Shown: positions 8,859 to 17,655 of the stretch, one piece after another
How positions within the stretch are numbered: the first letter of the stretch is position 1
Layout: each line of letters begins with the position of its first letter
NCBI GenBank assembly: GCA_041476545.1
Contig: JBGOTP010000003.1
Coordinates: 1 to 47,215, forward strand
From: Vicinamibacteria bacterium
GTDB lineage: Bacteria > Acidobacteriota > Vicinamibacteria > Vicinamibacterales > CAVVIG01
DNA: 47,215 nucleotides
Direction of reading: 5' to 3'
Notes under the pieces: model-generated
What the model was told of the DNA's origin: nothing
Database searches by the model: none
What the model saw: the letters and a program-made list of their open reading frames with translations, nothing else
Translations under genes and position numbers: made by a program

Positions 8859-8953
8859 CCGCCTACGCGCTCTCGCGCTTCGGCGGGGCAGGCTCCACGC
8901 TTTCGCGCTTCGGCGTGGCAGGCCCTTCGCTCGCGCGCGTGAGTGCGGCAGGC
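8858..8953 (-). repeat. Three GCCTGCC-headed hairpin units at 30-bp spacing forming the larE 3' end
   Basis: ggcaggc occurs on + at 8887, 8917 and 8947. The last unit is gcctgc-CCCGCC-gaa-GCGC-gaga-GCGC-gta-GGCGGG. Confidence 0.85.
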
Positions 8954-9762
8954 CCGACCACGCGCAACACCATGCCTTCATTCAGGCTACCGGTGCGGTA
9001 TCCCTGCACATCGATCGTGACGTAGCGATAGCCAACGGCCTTCAGCTCGCGCGCGATGGTATCGGCCATAACGGGCTCGAGGGCCCGCGGCAGCTCGGTG
9101 CGCGCAAGCTCGATGCGCGCGAGCTCGTCGTGATGCCGGACGCGACACACGCGGAACCCCAGCGCGCGCAGCGCCTGTTCGGCGCGCTCGATCATGCGCA
9201 GCTTTTCGTCCGTCACCTCGCTGTGATACGGGATGCGCGAGGACAGGCACGCCGACGCTGGCTCGTCCCAGGTCGGCAGCCCGGCGCGACGCGACAGCTC
9301 CCGGATTTCTTCCTTCCGCAGGCCGACTTCATCCAGCGGACTCCGGACGCCGAACTCGCGGGCGGCCTGACGTCCCGGCCGGTAATCACCTCGATCGTCG
9401 GCGTTGTTCCCGTCCACGACGGTCGCGTGACGATCCGCGGCGATGCGTGTCAGGTGCGAATACAGCTCGTGCTTGCAGTAGTAGCAGCGGTTGGTCGGAT
9501 TGGCGCGATACTCCGGCCGCTCGAGCTCGCTCGTCCGGATGATGTCGTGGTGCAGACCGAAGCGTTCCGCGATCTGCACGGCCATCCGGCGGTGGTGTTC
9601 GGGATAGCTGGGGCTGTCGGCGGTGACGGCGAACGCCCGGTCGCCAAGCGTATCGTGCGCCACGCAGGCGAGATACGCGCTGTCGACGCCGCCGCTATAG
9701 GCGATGACGACCGTGCCGATCGAGGAGAGGGTTTCGCGAAGCGCGATCTCCTTCTCGATCAT
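8863..9762 (-). CDS. larE: ATP-dependent sulfur transferase, LarE family (PP-loop)
   Basis: AYSGGVDS, NRCYYCK, DGNNADD, DYRPG, ACLSSRIPY, RVRHH, GYRTGSLN. Confidence 0.92.
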   Translation of the reverse strand: MIEKEIALRETLSSIGTVVIAYSGGVDSAYLACVAHDTLGDRAFAVTADSPSYPEHHRRMAVQIAERFGLHHDIIRTSELERPEYRANPTNRCYYCKHELYSHLTRIAADRHATVVDGNNADDRGDYRPGRQAAREFGVRSPLDEVGLRKEEIRELSRRAGLPTWDEPASACLSSRIPYHSEVTDEKLRMIERAEQALRALGFRVCRVRHHDELARIELARTELPRALEPVMADTIARELKAVGYRYVTIDVQGYRTGSLNEGMVLRVVGPAALTRASEGPATPKRESVEPAPPKRESA

Positions 9763-10007
9763 TCGTCGACGTCCTCATCCTCGTCGTCTTCGTCCTCGAC
9801 ATCCGCATCCTCGTCGTCTTCGTCCTCGTCGTCGTCTTCGTCCTCGTCCTCGTCCTCGTCGTCATCGTCGGCCAGATCGAGCTCGATCGGAGAGAGGCCC
9901 GTTATCTCCAGATTCGACCCGCAGTCGGGGCACGTCAGCTCATCGCCTTTGTCGACATCGAACTCATCGACTTCGATTTCGGCGTCGCATTCAGGGCAGG
10001 TGGCCAT
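9759..10007 (-). CDS. LysW-like zinc-ribbon protein with a long Asp/Glu tail
   Basis: MATCPECD...GDELTCPDCGSNLEI, followed by a run of about 35 mostly acidic residues; ATGA overlap with larE. Confidence 0.8.
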   Translation of the reverse strand: MATCPECDAEIEVDEFDVDKGDELTCPDCGSNLEITGLSPIELDLADDDDEDEDEDEDDDEDEDDEDADVEDEDDEDEDVDE

Positions 10008-10146
10008 AGTCTCGACACTCTCCAGGGGACGTTCGAGCGGGGTCTAGTCTGGCAATTGAGTCGAACACGTGCCAAAATCCGACCGAGCCGCGATTGTCAA
10101 TAGGACAGGCGAATTATAGCGACAAGGCGCGCGGGTCTGCAAACAC

Positions 10147-10866
10147 ATGACCAGTACTTCGGTGTCCGAAAAGACCGTCGTCATTGCCGACGACACCGCG
10201 TTTGTACGCGATCGCTTTCGCACGGCGCTCGAGGGCGCGGGTCACAAGGCGCTGACCGTGACGAGCGCGGAGGAACTGCTCGCGCGCGTCGGCGCCGATC
10301 TCGCGGACATCGACTTGATCGTGCTGGATCTCCGGCTGCCGGGCATCCCCGGCGTCGAGCTGGTGCGGGCGATTCGCAAGCTCGACAATGGCCGCGTGGC
10401 GATTCTGATCTTCAGCGGCACGATCGCGGGCGCGTCCGAAGTGCGCGAGCTCGCGGCGCTCGGTGTGGCCGGCTACGTGAATGAGTACAGCGCGGTGCAG
10501 CACATTCTTCCGTCGCTTGCGCCGCACCTGTTTCCCGACAACTTCAACCGCCGCAGCAGCCCGCGCGTGGTCCTCGGCATTCCCGTCCAGTACCGGTTCG
10601 GCAACACCATCGCCGCGGCGCTGACGCTCAATCTCAGCCACGGCGGCATTTCCATCCGCACCACCAGCCCGCTCGACAGCGGATCCACGATCAAAGTCCG
10701 CTTCCGGATGCCCGGGTCCAAGCGCGACATCGATGCCGAGGGCCGCGTTGCGTGGAGCGATCGCCGCGTCGGCATGGGGATCCAGTTCGAGACGGTCGAT
10801 CCGGCCAACCAGACCGTCATCGACAACTTCGTCGACGCGCACTTCTTTTCAAATCGCAAAGTTTAG
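10147..10866 (+). CDS. Response regulator receiver domain fused to PilZ domain
   Basis: REC motifs IADD and LDLRLP; PilZ motifs RRSSPR (RxxxR) and NLSHGG (D/NxSxxG), ending GMGIQF. Confidence 0.88.
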   Translation: MTSTSVSEKTVVIADDTAFVRDRFRTALEGAGHKALTVTSAEELLARVGADLADIDLIVLDLRLPGIPGVELVRAIRKLDNGRVAILIFSGTIAGASEVRELAALGVAGYVNEYSAVQHILPSLAPHLFPDNFNRRSSPRVVLGIPVQYRFGNTIAAALTLNLSHGGISIRTTSPLDSGSTIKVRFRMPGSKRDIDAEGRVAWSDRRVGMGIQFETVDPANQTVIDNFVDAHFFSNRKV

Positions 10867-10902
10867 ATCCAGATCCAAAGTACTCTCCAGAGGTTTTCAG
10901 TC

Positions 10903-12222
10903 ATGGAGCATTCGGTGGCCGGCATTCTCTGGCGTCTGGCCGGCGTTCTCGCGCTGGTCTTCGCCAACGGGTTCTTCGTGGCGGCCGAGTTCTCGATCGT
11001 CACCGTGCGCAAGACCCGCATCGACCAGTTGATCGCCGAGGGCCACGGCGGCGCGCGGGCCGTGCGCCGCGCCGTCACCGACCCGGACAGCTACATCGCG
11101 GCGACGCAGCTCGGCATCACCATGGCCAGCATCGGCCTGGGATGGATCGGCGAGCCCGCGCTGGCGTCGCTCGTCCAGCCGCTCGTCGGCTTCCTGCCCA
11201 TGGCGATTGCCGACGCGACCGCGCACAGCGTGGCCGTCGCGATCGCCTTTGCGCTGGTCACGGCCCTCCACATCACGCTCGGCGAACTGGCGCCCAAGAC
11301 CATCGCACTCGACCGTGCCGAGAGCACCGCGCTCATCGTCGTCAGACCGACCGAGCTGTTCATGAAGGTCTTCTGGCCGTTCATTCGTCTACTGAACGGC
11401 GTGGGACAGGCCATCGTGAAGATGCTGGGGATGACGTCGTCCGGCCAGGCACTCGTGCACTCGGAAGCAGAACTCAAGATGCTCGTCACCGCCAGCCAGG
11501 AGGCCGGGGTTATCGAGGAGCAGGAAGAGCAAATGCTCCACCGCGTCTTCGGCTTCGCGGACCTCACCGCGAGTCAGGTGATGGTGCCGCGAACCGAACT
11601 CGTGGGAATCGACGCGGACGCCTCGACGGAGAAGATTCTCGAGGTCGTGAGTCAGTCCGGCTACGCGAGGCTCCCCGTCTATCGCAAGAATCTCGACAAC
11701 GTCATCGGCATTCTGTACGTGACGGATCTCGTCCAGGCCCTGGCAGCGGGCGACCGGCGGATCCAATTGGCGTCGCTGGCGCGGGAGGCGCTCACGGTGC
11801 CGGAAACGCTCGGCGCCGACGACCTGCTCAACGCCATTCGCCGCCGCGGCGTGCGCGAGGCGCTGGTGATTGACGAGCACGGCGGCACGGCCGGTTTCGT
11901 GACCTTCGACTCGCTGATGGAACGCATCGTCGGCGATCTCGGTGGAACCGCTGGGGGCGGACGGATTTCGGTGCAGCCCGACGGATCGGCCGACATCGAG
12001 GGCCTGGCACTCGTCACCGACGTCAACGCGCAGTTCGGCCTCTCAATTGACGAGGAAACCTACACGACGATCGGCGGCTACGTGCTCGGCCGGATCGGGA
12101 AGCGCGCGCACGTGGGAGATACGATCGACGTTGCGGGCCGGAAGCTCCGCGTCACCGCGCTCGACGGACTGCGCGTGGCGAAGGTCTGGTTGTCGAAGCC
12201 GATCACGCCGGCTTCGCTTTGA
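10903..12222 (+). CDS. Hemolysin-family / CNNM-CBS-CorC membrane protein (TlyC-like)
   Basis: NGFFVAAEF, TQLGIT, HITLGELAPK, VMVPR, CBS pair, TIGGYV CorC domain. Confidence 0.93.
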   Translation: MEHSVAGILWRLAGVLALVFANGFFVAAEFSIVTVRKTRIDQLIAEGHGGARAVRRAVTDPDSYIAATQLGITMASIGLGWIGEPALASLVQPLVGFLPMAIADATAHSVAVAIAFALVTALHITLGELAPKTIALDRAESTALIVVRPTELFMKVFWPFIRLLNGVGQAIVKMLGMTSSGQALVHSEAELKMLVTASQEAGVIEEQEEQMLHRVFGFADLTASQVMVPRTELVGIDADASTEKILEVVSQSGYARLPVYRKNLDNVIGILYVTDLVQALAAGDRRIQLASLAREALTVPETLGADDLLNAIRRRGVREALVIDEHGGTAGFVTFDSLMERIVGDLGGTAGGGRISVQPDGSADIEGLALVTDVNAQFGLSIDEETYTTIGGYVLGRIGKRAHVGDTIDVAGRKLRVTALDGLRVAKVWLSKPITPASL

Positions 12223-12628
12223 GGACGCCGATCTGCACCAGCATCCCGGTGAAGTCGTAGATGCGCTGCTCGGCGGCAATGTGACCGTCCACGAGCGTGT
12301 AGAGCCGGACCAGACGCATCCGGAACCGCTTGCCCGTCGGCGGCATCTCCATGAAGCCGCCGAGATCCGTGCCGACAAGCGTCGACAGGATCGCCACGCG
12401 GTGGCCGTCGATGATCGGTTCCACGTCGTTCTCAATCGTGACGTCGGGAAACGCGTTGAACCACGCGCGATAGATGTCTTCGATCGCGGCGCGGCCGCGG
12501 ACCTTTCCCCCCAGTGGGCTGTCGAGCGTGCCCTCCGGCGCGTGATTCGCCCCGAGAGCCGCCACATCCCGCCGCGTGTAGGCGTCCTGATGACGTGCGA
12601 GGAGCGCGACCACTTCATCGCGGGTCAT
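12203..12628 (-). CDS. SnoaL-like / ester cyclase (NTF2 fold)
   Basis: MTRDEVVALL...AFPD...MPPTGKRF...DGHIAAEQRIYD; strong SD GGAGGGAGG upstream of ATG 12628. Confidence 0.85.
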   Translation of the reverse strand: MTRDEVVALLARHQDAYTRRDVAALGANHAPEGTLDSPLGGKVRGRAAIEDIYRAWFNAFPDVTIENDVEPIIDGHRVAILSTLVGTDLGGFMEMPPTGKRFRMRLVRLYTLVDGHIAAEQRIYDFTGMLVQIGVLKAKPA

Positions 12629-12645
12629 CGGCCTCCCTCCATCGA

Positions 12646-14811
12646 TTAGTCCGCGCGCAGCAGCCTGAGGGCATTGGCGACCACGATGATCGACGCACCG
12701 GTGTCGGCAAGCACCGCCATCCAGAGTGTCGCGACGCCGGCCACGGCGGCGACGACGAATGCGGCTTTCAAGACGATGGAAATCGCCAGGTTCGCCCTGA
12801 TGTTCCACAGCGTCGCACGGCTGAGGCGCAGGGCGTAGGGAATCTTCAGCAGATCGTCCGCCATCAATGCGACATCGGCCGTCTCGATCGCCACGTCGCT
12901 GCCCGCCGCGCCCATGACGATACCGAGATCGGCGGAGGCGAGCGCGGGGGCGTCGTTGATACCGTCGCCGACCATGGCTACCCGTCCGAACCGGCGGCGC
13001 AGGTCGTCGAGCGCGGCAACCTTGTCGTCCGGCATGAGTTCCGCGCGGACGTCGTCGATCCCCAGTTCGCCGGCAATCGCCTTGGCCGTCGCGCTGCTGT
13101 CGCCGGTGAGCATGACGACCGACGCGATCCCATGCTGGTGCAGCAGATCGATCGTATCGCGCGCGGTCACGCGGATCCGGTCGGCCACGGCGATGATGCC
13201 GACCGCCCGGCCTCCGCTCGCGACAAGCACCGGCGTACAGCCGCGCGCGCTGATTTCGTCGAGCTGGCGGTGCACGGCATCCGAACACAACCGGCGTTCT
13301 TCGAACAGTTGATGATTGCCCAGGATCACCTTCGTATCGCCGACTGACCCTTCGGCGCCTCGCCCCGTCAGCGACGACACGCCGGCTGCCGCGCGCACTT
13401 CGACGCCCGTGCGCAGGGCGTACTCGACAATCGCCTCGGCAATCGGATGCTCCGACCGCTGCTCGACCGACGCGGCCAGGGCGAGAACCTGGCTCGGCGT
13501 GATGGCGTCCTGCACGCCCTCCGGACTCTGCTCCCCCGCGAGGGCGATGACCTCCACCACTTCGGGCGTGCCGTTCGTGAGGGTGCCGGTCTTGTCGAAC
13601 GCGACGCACCGCACCTGGCTCGCGCGCTCGAGATGAATCCCTCCCTTGATGAGCACGCCCTTCCGCGCCGCGCCCGCAAGTGCGGCGACGACGGACACCG
13701 GGGTGGAGATGACGAGGGCGCAGGGGCACGACACCACGAGCAGGACGAGCGACCGGTAGAGCCACGCGTGCCAGTCGCCGCCGAACGCGAAGGGCGCCGC
13801 GATCGCGACGAGCACCGCAAGCCCGATCACCGCCGGTGTGTAGACCTGTCCGAAGCGTTCGATGAGCGTCTGCACAGGCGCCCGCTGCGCCTGGGCTCGC
13901 TCCACCAGGTGGATGATGCGCGCCAGCGTGCTGTCGCGCTGCAGGCGCGTGACGCGAACGTCCAGGGCACCTCGGCCGTTGATGCTGCCGGCGAACACTT
14001 CATCGCCCGGCTTCTTGTCGACGGGGATCGACTCCCCCGTCACGGTGGCCTGATTCACGGCGCTGACACCGGCGACCACCTCACCATCGAGCGACAGCCG
14101 TTCACCCGGCTTCACCAGGATGATGGCGCCCGGCTTGACGAGATCGACCGCCAGCATCCGATCGCCCGACGCGTCGCGGACGAGCACGTCCGGCGGCGTC
14201 AGCGCGATGAGCGCGCGCACGGCCGTTCGCGCGCGCTCCATCGTGCGCACTTCGAGCGTCTGCGCCACGGCGAACAGGAATACGACGGCGGCCCCCTCGG
14301 ACCACTGGCCGAGCACCACCGCCCCGGTGGCGGCCACGAGCATCAGCACGTTGATGTCGAGCGATCGCAGGCGCAGCGATCGCCACGCTTTGGGTGCGGT
14401 GAGCGGGAGTCCCGTCCCCAGCGCGACCGCGAACAAGGCGATCGGCAGAAACGTTGGACCGCCGAGCACCTGGGCCGCGAGGCCCGCCGCGAGCGCCGCG
14501 CCCGACGTACCGAGCAGGGCCTGGTGCGTCTTCCCCTCTGGGTCGCCGACGCTGAGCGGCTCCTCGTGCTCGAGCCACGCCCGCATGCCCGCGTCGGCCA
14601 CGGCGGCAGAAATGGCCGAGGCGGTCAGCTTCGCCGCGTCGTACTTGACGTGCAGCAGCCCGCCCATCAAGTCCGCCGAAAAGTCTTCGAGCCCCGGCAG
14701 ATGCTTGAACCGCCGCTGAATCAGCGCGACTTCCTCGCGGCAGTCCATCCCTTCAACTTTGAAGGTGGATTCAGCGTGCAGTTCGCAGACGGTGCAGACG
14801 GAGGCGGCCAC
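12646..14811 (-). CDS. Heavy-metal P1B-type ATPase (ZntA/CadA-like)
   Basis: HMA motif GMDCREE, TGES, CPC, DKTGT, SEHP, MLTGD, GDGINDAPA. Confidence 0.95.
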   Translation of the reverse strand: MAASVCTVCELHAESTFKVEGMDCREEVALIQRRFKHLPGLEDFSADLMGGLLHVKYDAAKLTASAISAAVADAGMRAWLEHEEPLSVGDPEGKTHQALLGTSGAALAAGLAAQVLGGPTFLPIALFAVALGTGLPLTAPKAWRSLRLRSLDINVLMLVAATGAVVLGQWSEGAAVVFLFAVAQTLEVRTMERARTAVRALIALTPPDVLVRDASGDRMLAVDLVKPGAIILVKPGERLSLDGEVVAGVSAVNQATVTGESIPVDKKPGDEVFAGSINGRGALDVRVTRLQRDSTLARIIHLVERAQAQRAPVQTLIERFGQVYTPAVIGLAVLVAIAAPFAFGGDWHAWLYRSLVLLVVSCPCALVISTPVSVVAALAGAARKGVLIKGGIHLERASQVRCVAFDKTGTLTNGTPEVVEVIALAGEQSPEGVQDAITPSQVLALAASVEQRSEHPIAEAIVEYALRTGVEVRAAAGVSSLTGRGAEGSVGDTKVILGNHQLFEERRLCSDAVHRQLDEISARGCTPVLVASGGRAVGIIAVADRIRVTARDTIDLLHQHGIASVVMLTGDSSATAKAIAGELGIDDVRAELMPDDKVAALDDLRRRFGRVAMVGDGINDAPALASADLGIVMGAAGSDVAIETADVALMADDLLKIPYALRLSRATLWNIRANLAISIVLKAAFVVAAVAGVATLWMAVLADTGASIIVVANALRLLRAD

Positions 14812-14853
14812 TATTTGAGTGTAACGCCGAATCGGAGGTTGGAGGTTGGAACC

Positions 14854-15324
14854 TCAAGTTGCGAGCGAAGCGAGCGCCGCGAACACCTTGTCGTAGTCCG
14901 GCTCGTTCCGGGCGTCCGCGAGCACTTCGCGGTGGCAGACCACGCCCTCCTTATCCACGACAAAGACCGCGCGCTTCGCGATCCCTTTGAGGCCAACCAT
15001 GTCCTCGTTGAAGACGCCGTAGTCCCGGATCGTCTGCTTGTTGAAGTCGCTCAGCAGCGGGAACGTCAGCTTCTCGTGGTCGTGAAACGCCTTCAGCGTG
15101 AAGAACGTGTCCACGCTGATGCCAAAGACGCGCGCGTTGGCGCCGTTGAACCTGGCAAGGCTGTCGCGGAACGTGCACATCTCCTTCGCGCACACCGAGC
15201 TGAACGCGGCGGGAAAGAACGCCAGCACGACGGGCGCGCCACGCTCGGCGCTGAGCGTCACCGGCTGGCGGTCGTGGTTGGTCAGGGTGAAGTCCGGAGC
15301 GGTCGATCCAATGTCTGCAGGCAT
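14854..15324 (-). CDS. Peroxiredoxin (AhpC/TSA family)
   Basis: APDFTL, FFPAAFSSVC (Pxxx[TS]xxC), GISVD, LLSDFN, KRAVFVVD. Confidence 0.9.
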   Translation of the reverse strand: MPADIGSTAPDFTLTNHDRQPVTLSAERGAPVVLAFFPAAFSSVCAKEMCTFRDSLARFNGANARVFGISVDTFFTLKAFHDHEKLTFPLLSDFNKQTIRDYGVFNEDMVGLKGIAKRAVFVVDKEGVVCHREVLADARNEPDYDKVFAALASLAT

Positions 15325-15407
15325 GAAGGGAAGCGCCTCCTTTTGTGCGCTCAGTCTACCGCAGCCCGCGGATCCACGGAACGGCCGCCGACGAGCGATG
15401 CAGATGG

Positions 15408-17597
15408 CTACTGCAACTTGCCGCCCGCGGTCCTGATCTGCGTCGTCAGATTTCGGATGACGTCGACGAGCACGTTTTCCTTGTCGGCCGCTTCCTGCCA
15501 GTTACCGGCCTCGATGGCTTCCCGCACGCCGGGAAGCGTCTTTGCCGCGTAGCCGGTGTAGAAGCCGGGCGCGTAGAACGCGTGCTCGAACCAGGGCCGG
15601 CGCGGCAGCCCGGTCTCGGCCAGCATCTTTCGCTCGCTTTGCATCAGGACAAGATTCAGCGCAGCGCGCTCGGCGTTCGTCTTCTTGAACAGACTGCCGT
15701 CCTGCGACGCCTTCGCAAATGCGTCGTCGTACTCCGTGGCAGCTTGATGGAGCGTCTGCAGGGCGTTGTCGAGCGGCGCGAAATCAAACGCTGGGGCTTT
15801 TGGCGCGTTCTTCGCCAGCTGCTCCACGTCGCGCGCATAGAACTCGAGCGTCTGCGAGAGGTTGGTGAACCGCAACGGCAAGAGATCAGCGTCGGCCAGA
15901 CGCATGACGGTGGTCGTAAAGGTCTGCGCGAACGTCCGGCCGTACGTGAAGTCGCCGTCCGAAAACTTCGTGTACCAGGTCGGATCGTCGTAGATGGAAT
16001 GATAGACGCCGCCCTGGCCACCCTCACCGCCGTAGCTCAACGCCAGCGTGGCGATGCCCAGGTGGTGAATGAACGGCGTGTAGTCGGATCCCGATCCGAG
16101 GGCGCCCAACCGGAAGTCGTCGCCGTCCTTGAGTGCACCGCGGCCACCGCCTCGCCCGCCGCCGCCATCCGACGACCCCTGCGCACGTTGTTCGAGCCGC
16201 TGATAGACCGACGTGTTCGTCACCGGATCAATGATGTCTTTGGCCACGTCATTGACGAAGCGCTCGAGCGAATGGCTCCCCGATAGAGAGAGGAACCCTT
16301 TGCTCGTCCCGTCGGAGGCGAGATACGCGACGGCCTTCACGGCGAGCTCGGTGGCGTGCGTTTCGGCCCATTCCGTCGAACCGAGCCACCCTTGTTCTTC
16401 ACCATCCCAGAAGGCGTAGACGATGGTGCGTTTGGGCCGCCAGCCTTGCTTCAGCAGCTCGCCGAGCGCGCGCGCTTCCTCGAGCTCGGCCGCCGCGCCC
16501 GACACAGGGTCGGCGGCGCCATTCACCCACGCATCGTAGTGGTTCGCGCGGATGATCCATTCGTCGGGGAACGTGCTGCCGGGAATCTTCACGACGACGT
16601 CGTAGGCCGGCACGACTTGATAGTTCGACTTCACGACGAGATGAACTCGCGCGGGTCCCGGGCCCACGTGATACGTGATCGGCAGCGCACCGCGCCACGG
16701 GGCCGGCGCCACAGGGCCCGCGAGCGCCGCGAGCAGCGGCTGCGCATCGCCGTACGACAGCGGCAGCGCGGGAATCTTCTGTAGCGTCTGCACCTGATTC
16801 CGTGGCAGACGCCGCGCGCCTGGCGTGGATCCCCAGCCGGGTGTCTCGGGATCGCCGCCGTAGTACTGCATGATCATGGCGCTGCCGCGCTGCACGCCCT
16901 GCTCCGGACGAAAGGCGCCCTTCGGATAGACGTCACCCTGGAAATACCCGTCGTCGCGCGGGTCCGAGTAGATGAGCGCGCCGACCGCGCCGTGATCGTT
17001 GGCCAGTTGCACCTTGATGCCGCGCCACCCGCCACCGTAGCGCGCGATTACGATCGCACCCTTCACGCTGATGCCCATGCGGTCCAGCTGCTGATAGTCT
17101 TCGAGCTCGCCGTTGTTCACGTACACGAGCGGTGCGGTGACGTCGCCGTCCGCGACATAGGCCAGATAGGTCGGCAGTTGCCCGGCCTGTCCCGACGTTG
17201 GATCCTCGGGGATGGCCGGCTCTTTCAGCCGCGCGACGTACGACGACGGTGCCACGAGTTCGACGACGCGCTCCTGCGGAGTCGAGAACAGTACGTCGAA
17301 CTGCTCGATTTGCGCGTCGAGCCCGTACGACCGCAAACGGCTTTGCAGCCAGAGCGCGTTCTGGTGCTGGCGCGGCGAACCCAGGTGGTGGGGCTCCGAT
17401 GCCAACTCCATCATGTTCGCCTTGATGTTCTCGGGAGTCGGAATCGCGCGGACCTTCTGCTCCCAGTCGAGCTCGACATCGGCGCTCGCCGGCGCATATC
17501 CCATGACGGAGCGTCCCTGCGCGCGGGGCAGCATGCCGCCAACGACGATCGCGAGCCCCACGAGCGACGATACGAGGCGAACGGGAGTGCCGTGCAC
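15408..17597 (-). CDS. M28 peptidase, glutamate carboxypeptidase II / transferrin-receptor-like
   Basis: Signal peptide, PA domain, NHYDAW, GAADP, WDGEE, GSTEW, GSGSDY, YHSIYD. SD AAGGAGG lies 6 nt before GTG 17597. Confidence 0.92.
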   Translation of the reverse strand: MHGTPVRLVSSLVGLAIVVGGMLPRAQGRSVMGYAPASADVELDWEQKVRAIPTPENIKANMMELASEPHHLGSPRQHQNALWLQSRLRSYGLDAQIEQFDVLFSTPQERVVELVAPSSYVARLKEPAIPEDPTSGQAGQLPTYLAYVADGDVTAPLVYVNNGELEDYQQLDRMGISVKGAIVIARYGGGWRGIKVQLANDHGAVGALIYSDPRDDGYFQGDVYPKGAFRPEQGVQRGSAMIMQYYGGDPETPGWGSTPGARRLPRNQVQTLQKIPALPLSYGDAQPLLAALAGPVAPAPWRGALPITYHVGPGPARVHLVVKSNYQVVPAYDVVVKIPGSTFPDEWIIRANHYDAWVNGAADPVSGAAAELEEARALGELLKQGWRPKRTIVYAFWDGEEQGWLGSTEWAETHATELAVKAVAYLASDGTSKGFLSLSGSHSLERFVNDVAKDIIDPVTNTSVYQRLEQRAQGSSDGGGGRGGGRGALKDGDDFRLGALGSGSDYTPFIHHLGIATLALSYGGEGGQGGVYHSIYDDPTWYTKFSDGDFTYGRTFAQTFTTTVMRLADADLLPLRFTNLSQTLEFYARDVEQLAKNAPKAPAFDFAPLDNALQTLHQAATEYDDAFAKASQDGSLFKKTNAERAALNLVLMQSERKMLAETGLPRRPWFEHAFYAPGFYTGYAAKTLPGVREAIEAGNWQEAADKENVLVDVIRNLTTQIRTAGGKLQ

Positions 17598-17655
17598 GTG
17601 GATCCTCCTTGGAAACAGTCTCGGTCGCGGGCAGTATACGTATATCCTTCCTGAC

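Noticed and set aside
8858-8953. 30-bp periodicity as a mini-CRISPR
   Set aside because: There are only three degenerate units, no repeat-spacer structure and no cas genes.
9765-9870. TCG/TCC/TCT trinucleotide-like repeat
   Set aside because: It is explained by Asp/Glu codons of the acidic tail; the poly-Ser plus-strand ORF is its shadow.
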